A stretch of 64,000 bases of DNA from Eledone cirrhosa (Eukaryota), in NCBI GenBank assembly GCA_964016885.1, contig OZ024746.1:77686001-77750000 (forward strand). Reading direction: 5' to 3'. The notes below the pieces were generated by a model that was given only the letters and a program-made list of their open reading frames with translations, had not been told where the DNA came from and did no database searches. Each line of letters begins with the position of its first letter. The stretch's first letter is position 1. The translations under genes and the position numbers were made by a program. Positions 52,702-64,000 of this stretch are shown here, piece by piece.

Positions 52702-53111
52702 CTATTATTGTCATTGTCTCTGTTGTCATCATCGGCAATATCATCACTCCCACCACTACCTTCAGCATCACCATCAGCATCAGCACCAGCACCATCACCA
52801 TTGTTTTTCTTTTTTTTTTTCTTTATTCATTACAACCACTACCACTATCACCACTACCATCCACTTTACCACCACCACCACCACCTCCCATATTACCAGC
52901 TCCACTACCACCACCACCATCACCACCACCATCACCACCACCACCACCACCACCACCACCACAACCACCACCACCACCACCACCACCACGTAATCATGAT
53001 CACCAATGTGTTTCCATTTTAAGTAAGAGGTTACATCTATTTCCTAGGTAAACACCTTGTCACTATCCTCAAACACCACTGCGATCATCATCATCATCAT
53101 CATCATCATCG

Positions 53112-53143
<32 letters not shown>

Positions 53144-53743
53144 GTCATCGTCATCTTTATCACCACTACCGCCACTATCATGAGCAGGGAAAACGAATGT
53201 TAAATGATGATGATGATGATCACCAATATATGTTTCCATTTTAAGTAAGAGGTTACATCAATTTCCTAGGCAAACACCTTGCCGTTAACCAATAAATGAT
53301 AAAGAAATACTCCAAGTAATCGCTGGTACAGCTTTTTCTGACCAGCTGTTTGTTCTAATGTAAGAGAGAAGGAGAGTAGTGGGGGAAGAAAGATGGAAAT
53401 AAAATGAAATAGCTTCTGTTATTATGGATAGAATATGATTTAACCAGGCTTAGACGAGGCTGTATGTAAGTAACATTGCAAGTGAAGGTATGTGGTCTAG
53501 TACTTAAGGTCCTTGACTCATGATCATATGGTGGTGGGTTTGATTCCTGGACCAGGCAGCACATTGTGTTCTTGAGCAAAACATTTTCATTTCACATTGC
53601 TTTTCATGATTGGACAGGACCCCCATCATCAACAACACCTGAGAAACCTCGTAGGAGGCCAGCTAAACCTAAATAGGCATGAGCTGTAAATGTCATTTTT
53701 TTTTTTTATATTTTCAATGTGCTGACATCATGAATGTGCCAAC

Positions 53744-53783
<40 letters not shown>

Positions 53784-53809
53784 TTTGGTGTATTGGAGGA
53801 CAGTAGATT

Positions 53810-54250
53810 TGGCAGTATTAGTAGAGCATCAAACAACATACTTTACAACATAGAGTTATGACCATTTACACTCTGAGTTCAAATCTTGCTGAGGTTAGCT
53901 TTGCCTTTCCTTCTCTCGGGGTTGGTAAATAAAGCACCAGTAATACACTTGGGGTCGATTTAATCAACTTTCCCTTTCCCTTTCCCTTCAAATTGCTGGC
54001 CTTGTGCCTAAAGTAGAAACAATTATTTAAGGGCGATGGATTGGCAGTATCAGTGACGCACCGGACAACATGCTTTGCAGCATACTGTTATGGCCTTTTA
54101 CTTTCTGAGTTCAAGTCACACCGAAGTTGGCTTTGCCTTTCTTCTCTTACAGGATCGATAAAATAAAGTACCAGTAATGCACTGGAGTTGATTTAAACAA
54201 CTTTATCCTTCCCAAAATGACTGGCCTTGTGCCTAAATCTGAAATCATTA
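53810..54250 (+). mobile_element. Two tandem SINE family D copies
   Basis: Head-to-tail copies, each ending GGCCTTGTGCCTAAA..GAAA. Confidence 0.8.
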
Positions 54251-54955
54251 TTATTTCTTGTTTATTTTTATTAATATTATTATCATTATTATTGTCTTCT
54301 GCATTTAGAAGTTTGCACTTATTTCATTGAGCAAACAAAAATATGACAACTACAACTACAACAACAACAACAAAAACAACAGAAACATACATAAAATCCT
54401 TCTAACTTCCTCGTTTCTGGGGGTTTTTTTTCTTAATTTTTATAGTTTTTTTTTGGGGGGGGGGGGACCTTCTTTTGGCTAGTTTTCATTTTCAAACTTT
54501 TAAAACTAAGAGGGAAATAATATAATAAAATAAAATAAAACTAAATATATTATTCCCATTTTATCTCAGTAAACAAGATCTTTTAGTCTTATTCGTGTTG
54601 TTGTCCTTTTGTTTTTCTTTTGTATTTACTCAATTTTCTCTTGTTCCATCCGAATAACCCCCCCCCTCCTCAATTCTCTCTTGTTCCATCCCAATACCCC
54701 TCCCCCCACCCTTTCCATTCTCTCTTCTCTCCAAAGTTGTTCTTGTCATATTTAAACAGTTTTTAGACTTATTCAATTACCCATCGCCTTGAAGGTGTTT
54801 CATCTTCGTATATATATGTATGTGTGTGTGTGTGCAGGGAGACCTGTACGACTTTTGCTTGTTTGTGTGTGTGTGTGTAGCTGTATGGTGGGGGCGTATA
54901 TGACTTGTGTGTCTGTGTATGTGGATTGTGTGTGTGTGAGTGTGTATGATGTTTG

Positions 54956-54988
<33 letters not shown>

Positions 54989-55282
54989 ATGCATGTAAAA
55001 GTGTGTGCATTTTTGTTTTAGAAATGTGTGTTTGATTTTTGTATGTATGTATCTATCTGTGTGTGTGTTTGTTTTTTGTGTGTGTATGTATATAAGCTTA
55101 TAAATGTAGGCATGTGCGTGATTGTAGACGTTTCTAGAATGTCTGTGTGTGTTTCCATATATGTTTGGTTATGAATACATGTATGTATATATATATATAT
55201 ATATCATATATATATATATAGAGAGAGAGAGACATTTATATATATATATATTTATATATTAATATAAGCAAATATAGCAGTA

Positions 55283-55348
<66 letters not shown>

Positions 55349-55371
55349 TAATATAAGCAAATATAGCAGTA

Positions 55372-55418
<47 letters not shown>

Positions 55419-55564
55419 TATGAGCAAATATAGCAGTAAGAAATCATCATCATCATCATCATTTTACATCCGCACACACATATATCAGTATGAGTGCAGA
55501 TGTCTATAGAACCTGTGTGTGTTTGTGTGTGCAGATGAATATGCTAGTGTACAATATTCACATG

Positions 55565-55595
<31 letters not shown>

Positions 55596-56260
55596 TGTAT
55601 TGTATGTATATGTACCATTTTCTACAGTACACCACCTTACACACTCACATAAGCACACACACACACACATGTAGACATACACACATGTACACTATATGGA
55701 TATTCTTAAGAAACTGGAATAGCATTAATAGGTAGTGGTATGTGTGTGTGTGTGAGGGATGTAGGAGGAGGTGGCGTGAGTCAGTGGTTAAGGGGTGGGG
55801 GAGGGGCGACATTAAATATAAATGGAAACAATCAATAAATAAGCAACAAATAAACAAACAAGAAAAAAATGTTTCTATTTATTGTTATGTTTTGTTCATA
55901 CAGAGAAAAATGATTAATATTTTTTCATCTCCCTACACATTCTCCCTCCATTCCTTACCCCCTTTTTTTTTTTTTTTCATTTTTCTCTTTTTCTTCCCAA
56001 GGAATAATATGCAATAACATTTTAAGAATTTCTTTTTTTTTACCTCTGAAAATATTTTCTCGTTGCAGTTGTTAATATTACTTCTTTGCCTTCTTCACTT
56101 TTTTCTTATTATTATTATCATCATCTCTATTTTGTTATCATCAGTAGTAGTAGTAGTAGTATTAGTAATTTATTTTTATATATATATATTTCTTTTTTCA
56201 ATATTTTATTTTATTTTTACATTTTTAACAGTTAATAATTCATTTCAAATTTTAAAAAAA

Positions 56261-56284
56261 TTTTTGTTTATTTTTCAGGTAAGT
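56261..56284 (+). other. Candidate recursive splice site (ratchet point)
   Basis: TTTTTGTTTATTTTTCAG|GTAAGT: a 3' splice site fused to a perfect 5' splice site, with no other AG in the preceding ~45 nt; a second donor AAG|GTAAGT lies at 56431/56432. Confidence 0.5.
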
Positions 56285-56910
56285 AATAATAACAACCTTC
56301 AATATATAATATTTGATCTTGCAATGCTAACTCGATGATGATAAAAGAAGTGAGAAGGAAAAGAAATAGAGAGAAAAAGTAAACAAGAAAACAAAAAATT
56401 AAATTAAAAAATAAAAATACTTCAAATAAAGGTAAGTAAATAATCAAGCTTCACTAAAATTAGAAAAGCTAAAATTTGAAAGAAAAAGTGTTACATTTTT
56501 CATTTTAGTTAATTAAATTTTAATTGCTGATAATCATGGCTTAAAAAAAAAATTTTTTTTTTAAAAATAAAAAAGATAAAAATATAATGTGAAGAGTAGA
56601 AAACAATATATTATTAGTTGTTTGGAAATGAAGGCATGTGGCCTAGTGGTTAGGTTGTTAGGCTGGTGGTTACAAAGTCAATGGGTTCAATTCTTGGACT
56701 GGTTGGACTTGATTGAAACATTTTAACATTTTATCTCATGTGGCTTTTCATGATCACTCAGCCCCCCCCCCCCCCCCCCCCATCATCGCCATTGAAACAC
56801 TAAAGGAACTTGATGTGAGATGCAAACATGTACCAAGCCAGCTAAAGCTGCAGAGGTGTGTCAGCTGCAAATTCCATTTAATTGTTTTTATATTTTAGAA
56901 TAATAATAGG

Positions 56911-57199
56911 TTAACTCTTTTGATACCAAACTGCCTGAAACAGCCCTTGCTTTTTTGATTCAAAACTATCTCTTTTAAAATGTTCACATTTAAATTTAAA
57001 TTTTTAATCAGAACTTTATGTATGATAGTTTTGTTTAGTTATGTTTCAAACTCTAGCTTAATAATGAAAAAAATTATTTTAGTAAAACCCTCAAAATTCT
57101 TGAATACTTTCAAATTTAATAAAATAAAAAAAAAATTAAAATAAAATAAACAAAACATGGGCACTGTCTTTTTTAGATATATAAAAAAGAAAGTGTTAA
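56911..57199 (+). mobile_element. MITE family B
   Basis: TTAACTCTTTTGATACCAAAC ... GAAAGTGTTAA. Confidence 0.7.
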
Positions 57200-58204
57200 A
57201 CTAAAGCGTATTCTTTTACTCCAAATTCTTCTCTATTTTTCTACATTCAATTCCATTCTTTCTGATGATTTTGTATCTTGTGGTGTGGTCTATAAAATCT
57301 TGTTATTATTTTAAAGTTTTCTTTTTTTTTTTTTGTTATCCTCTTTCAGTAAGTTTGTGAACATTTTTGTTTTGTTTTCCCAGCATGTGTATTGTGTATT
57401 CTCCTGTGGTGGCTGAGGAGGGTGGGCAGGTGGGCAGTTTCGCGGCAGAATGTTCCGTTTCTGCAATTGTGCTAATGAATAAAACATTGGCCAGGATCAA
57501 TGCGGCTTTTTCTCCATTGTCCTTTTGTTACTACTGTTTGAGCTGAAGAAAAATTGCCTGTAGCTTTTGTCTCTCTTTCTTCCTTCCTTTATTTCTTCCT
57601 TTCTTTTGTTCTGTTGCTGCTGTTGCTTATCTGCATTTTCTCTCCGTCCTTGCTGAATTTGCATATATTTACTATATTTCTTCTCTCTCGAAGACATGCG
57701 TGCATTGGCGATGCAAATCTTGTTTTCCTCTTTTCTTTCTCTTGGTATTTGTTGATGTTGTTATGTAAGTACAGTATATGTGCACATGTGTTTGAGTATA
57801 TATGTTTGTATTTGTATATGTGTGGGTGTTTGTGTTTGTGTTTGGTATGTGTTTATGTGTTTTTCTCCGTGTGTGTGTGTGCGTGCGTGCGTGTGTGTGT
57901 GTGCGTGCGTGCTGCACATGACAATGTTTTCGTATATAATATACTTTCAATTACAAAGTCTTAAGTTTGATACTGTGGCTTCAGTATGAGTATGTGGGTA
58001 TTTCTCTGTGTGGGTGTTTCAGTTGTTTCTTTATCATACATGCAATATATGGATCCTCCGTCAGATTTGATCATCACTACTCAATCGTTCAATTAACTGT
58101 GTCTAACTTGTTTAATTAGTATGTAAATAAGGTTGTTATTATTTTTTGTTTTCTGTAATTGCCTTCTGTTATTTGTGACTACATTATACACATTACATAT
58201 ACAT

Positions 58205-58830
58205 GTATAAACCCATGGGCACAGGCCGAAGCTGAAGCATATAGATAGTATGCCCTGCCCCACCCACCCCCACTCTTCCACTGTATAGGGGTCGTGTAAG
58301 TATGATGACGAAAAGCACCCAGTCCACACTGTAAAGTGGTCATGTAAGTGTCACGACAAAGAAGCGCCCAGCCCCCACTGTAGAGTGGTCATATAGGTAT
58401 CACGACAAAAGGCACCCAGCCCACACTGTAAAGTGGCCATGTAGGTATCACAACAAAAAGCACCCAGTACTCACTGTAAAGTGGCCATGTAGGTATCACA
58501 ACAAAAAGCACCCAGTACTCACTGTAAGCTGGTCATATATGTATCACAACAAAAAGCACCCAGCCCACACTGTAAAGTGGCCATGTAGGTATCACAACAA
58601 AAAGAACCCAGTACTCACTGTAAAGTGGTCATATAGGTATCACAACAAAAAGCACCCAGTACTCACTATAAATGAGGTTGGTGTTAGGAAGAGCATCCAG
58701 CTGTAGAAACCAAGCCCAAATCAGTTCTGTATCAGTAAAGCATGGTCACACCTGACCTAGTATTGCTCATAACAGGACAACTCGTCTAACCCATGCTAGC
58801 ATGGAAGAATCGATGTAAAATGGTGATGAT
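58205..58830 (+). mobile_element. RTE-tailed non-autonomous element with internal ~47-bp tandem expansion
   Basis: About eight units of AAAAGCACCCAG(CCC/TACT)ACTGTAAAGTGG(C/T)CAT(G/A)TAGGTATCACAAC, then the standard GGTTGGTGTTAGGAAG...CATGGAAG...GATGAT tail. Confidence 0.82.
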
Positions 58831-58891
58831 ACCTGTAATCCATTCATAAATTGTATGTATTTAGCTCTGATTCCTTAATGAGCTCTGATAC

Positions 58892-59098
58892 TTAACCCTT
58901 TAGCATTCACATAACTCTATATATGCTATTATATTTTCACATGATTATCTCATAATATCGGATCTATGAGATTTTGAAAGTATTTATTTTGAGAACAATA
59001 CCTTAACATCAGTTTGAGCGACCAGTTACAGCCAGTTTCAATAGAAAGAGGTAGAGAATTCTGGCCGGTTTGGGCCGGTTTGAACATTAAAGAGTTAA
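58892..59098 (-). mobile_element. MITE family A
   Basis: TTAA|CCCTTTAGCATTCA ... ATTAAAGAG|TTAA. Confidence 0.8.
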
Positions 59099-59221
59099 TG
59101 AGCTGTTTGAAATGTGTACTATGTTTCACATTTGGTCAGCTTTTGCACATGCTTGAATGTGACTGGCATGTTCCTCTCTGCTACATAGGAGCAAGCCATA
59201 AGAACACACACACACACATGC

Positions 59222-59510
59222 GCATGTGGCTTTGTGGTTAGGATATTTGGCTCACAATTGTAAGGTCATGAGTTCGATTCCTGGTGGCACATTGGGCTTT
59301 TGAACATAACTCCACTCAGCTAGCAAAAATGAGTTGTACCTGTAATTCGACGGGCTAGCTTTGACACAAACTGTGTCCCTGAATCTCCCTGAGAACTTCG
59401 TTAAAGGTACGCTGTGGAATGCTCAGCCACTTGCACGTTAATTTCATGAGCAGTTCCGTTGATCGGATCAACTGGAACACTGGTCGTCGTAACCAACGGA
59501 GTGCCACTTA
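59222..59510 (+). mobile_element. tRNA-derived SINE family C
   Basis: TGGCTTTGTGG A box, GAGTTCGATTCC B box, body ending GTCGTAACCAACGGAGTGCCA. Confidence 0.8.
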
Positions 59511-59569
59511 ATAAAAAAAATATATAGTAAGGAGCAGGAACGAAGTATAATTATAACATCATTATCTTT

Positions 59570-59655
59570 ATTCACATGTGACATGTGTTTCACAATTGAT
59601 CAGCTCAAGGTATGATTGGTACTGACTCTGGAATCAATAGCTCATCTGGCTTGTG

Positions 59656-59658
<3 letters not shown>
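59570..59658 (-). ncRNA. Hammerhead-ribozyme-like motif (CAGAUGA variant core)
   Basis: Minus strand: AUUCACAAGC-CAGAUGA-GCUAUUGAUU...GAUCAAUUGU-GAAAC-ACAU-GUC-ACAUGUGAAU, overlapping AAUAAA. Confidence 0.5.
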
Positions 59659-59689
<31 letters not shown>

Positions 59690-59699
59690 AGGGTGGGTA

Positions 59700-59872
59700 A
59701 AATTCCCGAGATCCATGGACGAGTTCTTTTCAGCTGTCTCTGTCCTTCATCATCGCCGCTATCTCCTGTGTCTCCAAGATACCTGTGTCTGTCCTTAGGG
59801 TATCAACATATGTCAACCTCGGTCTCCCTCTTCTAGTGTGTCCATGTAGGGGCTCCCACAAGGAGCACTGAA
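59700..59872 (-). mobile_element. RTE/RTE-X-like LINE C-terminal fragment
   Basis: Minus strand LWEPLHGHTRRGRPRLTYVDTLRTDTGILETQEIAAMMKDRDS*KELV. Confidence 0.75.
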
Positions 59873-60432
59873 TGCAGTGTCAATCTTGTAGGAGGCCAGC
59901 TAAACCTACATGGGTCTGAACTGTAACACACATACACATGATTCTCCCCCATCATTAAAACCACATATGAGATGCAGGCTTGTAGGAGGCCACCTAAACC
60001 TACACAAGTATGAGTTGTAACCAGAACAACATTATCTATTGCCTCCTATGTTTAAGACGGCAGAATACGATTTTATGGAGATTTGGCTGATATTTGTAAC
60101 AGGTCGATTTAACCATGTTCAGAGTGTTCTTGTTGGCTCTTTTGAATATGGTTTTCAAAGCTGGTGATGATGATGGTTGTGGTGATGGTGCGAAATCACT
60201 TGAGGTTCTTAGTTAAGTGTCTTTTAATATTTTGTTAGTCTCCTCTATTCCTGAATATTTTCAGTGTTGTTAATGTTTTTTTTTTTAAAGTTTTTATGAG
60301 TTATTCATTTCATGTGCATCTTTGCTACCATTTTTTTTTCTTTTTATCAGTTTCCACTTTCTTACATAATGAAAAATCTACAAGAAATATATAATGAAGA
60401 CACACACACATCCACATACAAACATATATCTA

Positions 60433-60488
<56 letters not shown>

Positions 60489-60938
60489 CATACATACACA
60501 CACATAAACACACACAACCCCTGGGATATATCTATAAAATGTTACTGCGCTCATTTTATAATTTGGGCTGACAAATCTTACCGACTTTCTTCCTTATATT
60601 ATATCAAAGACAAGCCGGCTGACATACAGCAGCATTAAAATGGAAATAGATAGGAATTGGAATCGTGGTGGTGGTAGTGGTAGTGGTGGTGGTGGTGGTG
60701 GTGGTGGTGGTTGGTGTCTGGTAGTGGTGGAAATAAACAGGTATTAGAATATGATGGTGAAGGCGATGGTGGTAGTGTCTGACAGTGGTGGAAATAAAAA
60801 GGAATTAGAATCATGAAGGTGGCAGTGATGGTAGTGGTGGTGCTGGAGAGGTTGATGATGACGATAATGGTGGTGGTGGTGATGGTGGTCTAGTGTCTGC
60901 TAGTGGTAGGAATAAACAGGCATTAAAGTATGAAGGGG

Positions 60939-60970
<32 letters not shown>

Positions 60971-61022
60971 GAGAGGGAAGACTAGGAGGGGAAGTAATGG
61001 CGATGACATCGATGACGTTGAC

Positions 61023-61063
<41 letters not shown>

Positions 61064-61509
61064 CCAGACTGTCTTAGCTCATCTGGAATCAATAGGTTCA
61101 CTTTTATTCATCTGAGGAAACAGTTTTATATTATATAAGAAAATGTATAGTTCCTCTCTCTCTTTTCCTATTGATTTCAGTCTTTTAATTTATTATTATT
61201 ATTATTTTTTTTTTTTATTATTATTTCTTATTTCTGTCTTGTTTCTTTTAATGAAAAAACATTAAAAAAAAACAGCGAGAAGGAGTAAACTGTTGCGGAG
61301 GACGGACGGAAGGAGAGAGGGGAGAATTGTTATAACCATACCTTTATGGCTTGTCTTTTACGTGCAGAAAGAATCTTGGTTCTCAGTTCACTAAACAACT
61401 AGACACACTTCGTTTTTAGACTATATAGTCTTAGTAATTGCAATCCCCCACCATAGATGTCTGTTGCTGCACACTTTACATTCTCTGCTTACTGACTATG
61501 TAATTTGTA

Positions 61510-62155
<646 letters not shown>

Positions 62156-62163
62156 TATATATA

Positions 62164-62771
62164 TCTATATATATAAAAGCAAGTCGGTCTGTGTGTGTGT
62201 GTCTGTCTGTCTGTCTGTCTGTGTACAAATACTAGGCTCCTTTTAACTTTTGAAGTACTCGGCTGATTTCAACCAAATTTGGCACACATGTTGCTTATAT
62301 GCCAGAGCAGGTTTTGGACAAAAACAAATTTGAAAAAAATATTGGGGGCGAAAAATCGATTTTGTGTGTGTACAAATACTAAGCTCCTTTTAACTTTTGA
62401 AGTACTAGGCCGATTTGCTTCAAGGAATGATATTTCTATGTCCAGTGGATGGTCAACGTGGTAGTGGCAGCGCCATCTTACACATAGGGTTTAGTCTACT
62501 CAAGGACATACGGTGCGTCTATTCCATCTTTATCCCCTCACTCATACCTACTACAGCAAGGCCGGACCTGAAATCATTCACGTCAATTAACTCAAGCTAC
62601 CCCATGAATTGTTTTTATGTTGCCGTTTATTTCACTGAATCATGTCACTGGACACCCATTTTGTTAAACTTTTTTTTACAATTACATTTCAATTCTTTGC
62701 TCAACCTTTGGCTCTCTTTATACAGACAAACAGGCTGTCATTCAGTTCCCGAGCAACGCCGGGTACATCTA

Positions 62772-62772
<1 letters not shown>
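62164..62772 (+). mobile_element. Complete non-autonomous Helitron (~609 bp)
   Basis: A|TCTATATATATAAAAG 5' end followed by (GTCT)n; 3' hairpin CCCGAGCAACGCCGGG (62748-62763), then CTAG|T; no TSD; inserted in (TA)n. Confidence 0.88.
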
Positions 62773-62831
<59 letters not shown>

Positions 62832-62997
62832 ATGTGTGTGGTTGGTGTTAGGAAGAGCATCGAGCCATAGAAAACTTGCCAGAAACAGTTCTATATGAGT
62901 GAGGGTCACCCGACCAATCTTGCCTCAAGTAGGACAATCCTGCCTAACCCATGCTAGCATGGAAGATGGTCGGTAAACAATGATGATGATGACGACG

Positions 62998-63048
<51 letters not shown>

Positions 63049-63050
63049 CA

Positions 63051-63301
63051 TTGTAGGTGTCACGACAAAAAAAACACACAGCCACGCTGTAATGTGGCCG
63101 TGTAGGTAACACAGTAAAAACCTCCCAGTCCACACTGTAAACGTGGTTGGTGTTAGGAAGGGCATCCAGCTGTAGAAAACCCGCCAGACAGTCCTATACA
63201 AGCAAGACAACCAATCTTGCCTCAAGTGGGAAAATTCCCGTCCAAACCCATGCAAGCGTGGAAGATGGACGTTAAACGATGATGATGATGATGATGATGA
63301 T
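63051..63301 (+). mobile_element. RTE family A 3' UTR fragment
   Basis: Matches the 3' UTR at ~18706-18960 and ends in (GAT)n. Confidence 0.88.
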
Positions 63302-63312
63302 ACATATAGATA

Positions 63313-63383
63313 CAGGGTGTCCCAAAAAATGCATACACACTATTCTAATAAATATGCATATACATTTTTTTGGAGGGGACCTG
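63313..63383. mobile_element. Tiny Tc1/mariner-like MITE
   Basis: TA|CAGGGTGTCCCAAAAAATGCATA ... TATACATTTTTTTGGAGGGGACCTG|TA. Confidence 0.6.
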
Positions 63384-64000
63384 TATGTGTGTGTATATAA
63401 ATTATATATATCATCTATAAAAGGCAGATTGTTGTGTGTGTGTGTGTGTGTGTGCATGTTCCATGTTTATACATTTGCACAATTTCAAACCGATTCGACT
63501 CAAAGTCTGTAAGAATGTTGTAAATGGTCTAACTTAGGTCAACGACTATTTATTTCATTCAATCTCACCCACAATTACGGAAATAATCGATAAAACTAAA
63601 TACATGACACTTTACCCCTCTAATACAATCTGATAACCTCGCTCTACTCCCCTTAAAATTTGATAAAACTACATACATGCTTACAAACTTCCTTTAGGAA
63701 CACCGAAGAGAGAGAGAAGAGAGTGAGAGGGAGAGAGAGAACGTTTGTTTTTGAGTGTGGAACGGTCAAACATTTATTTACTTCAATGATAACGAGAACT
63801 TATTACATTTCATACAAAACAACAATTATTCAAAAGCAACAGATAAATTTATTCAACAACAAAAAAAATAGCGCTAAATCGTTTTTAAAACCTCTCAACG
63901 AACGTGGAAGAAAGAAGTGTCAGTTTATTTACTATACACAATAATATCCTCTATGAGGCCACTAAACCTGCTAGAAACACGCGCTAACTCCCCCCCATAT

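Noticed and set aside
52484-53051. Poly-His/Pro/Thr ORFs
   Set aside because: Trinucleotide microsatellite translation.
58310-58670. CRISPR-like array
   Set aside because: Tandem expansion of a retroelement 3' UTR module with no spacers.

Overview
AT-rich, microsatellite-saturated animal genomic DNA. The repeat content (RTE LINEs with (GAT)n tails, several tRNA-headed SINE families, very long (TA)n/(CA)n/(CAT)n runs) resembles an octopod cephalopod genome; this is inference, not a database match. I found no convincing host protein-coding exon, tRNA, rRNA or CRISPR array, and nearly all long ORFs in the track are microsatellite read-throughs. The window contains 5'-truncated copies of one young RTE LINE family whose RT carries an inserted PHD-type C4HC3 finger, older RTE and R4/Dong LINE relics and a mariner relic. 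It also holds a complete non-autonomous Helitron, two TTAA-flanked piggyBac-like MITE families, many SINEs and several minisatellites. Most notable signals: (1) a consensus recursive-splice site (poly-Y-CAG|GTAAGT) followed by a 153-nt stop-containing cryptic exon, suggesting a long + strand intron; (2) several minus-strand Penelope-like remnants with hammerhead-ribozyme-like cores, some with extended stem II; (3) many fold-backs and inverted templated copies centred on (TA)n tracts, which are potential dsRNA/ADAR substrates.
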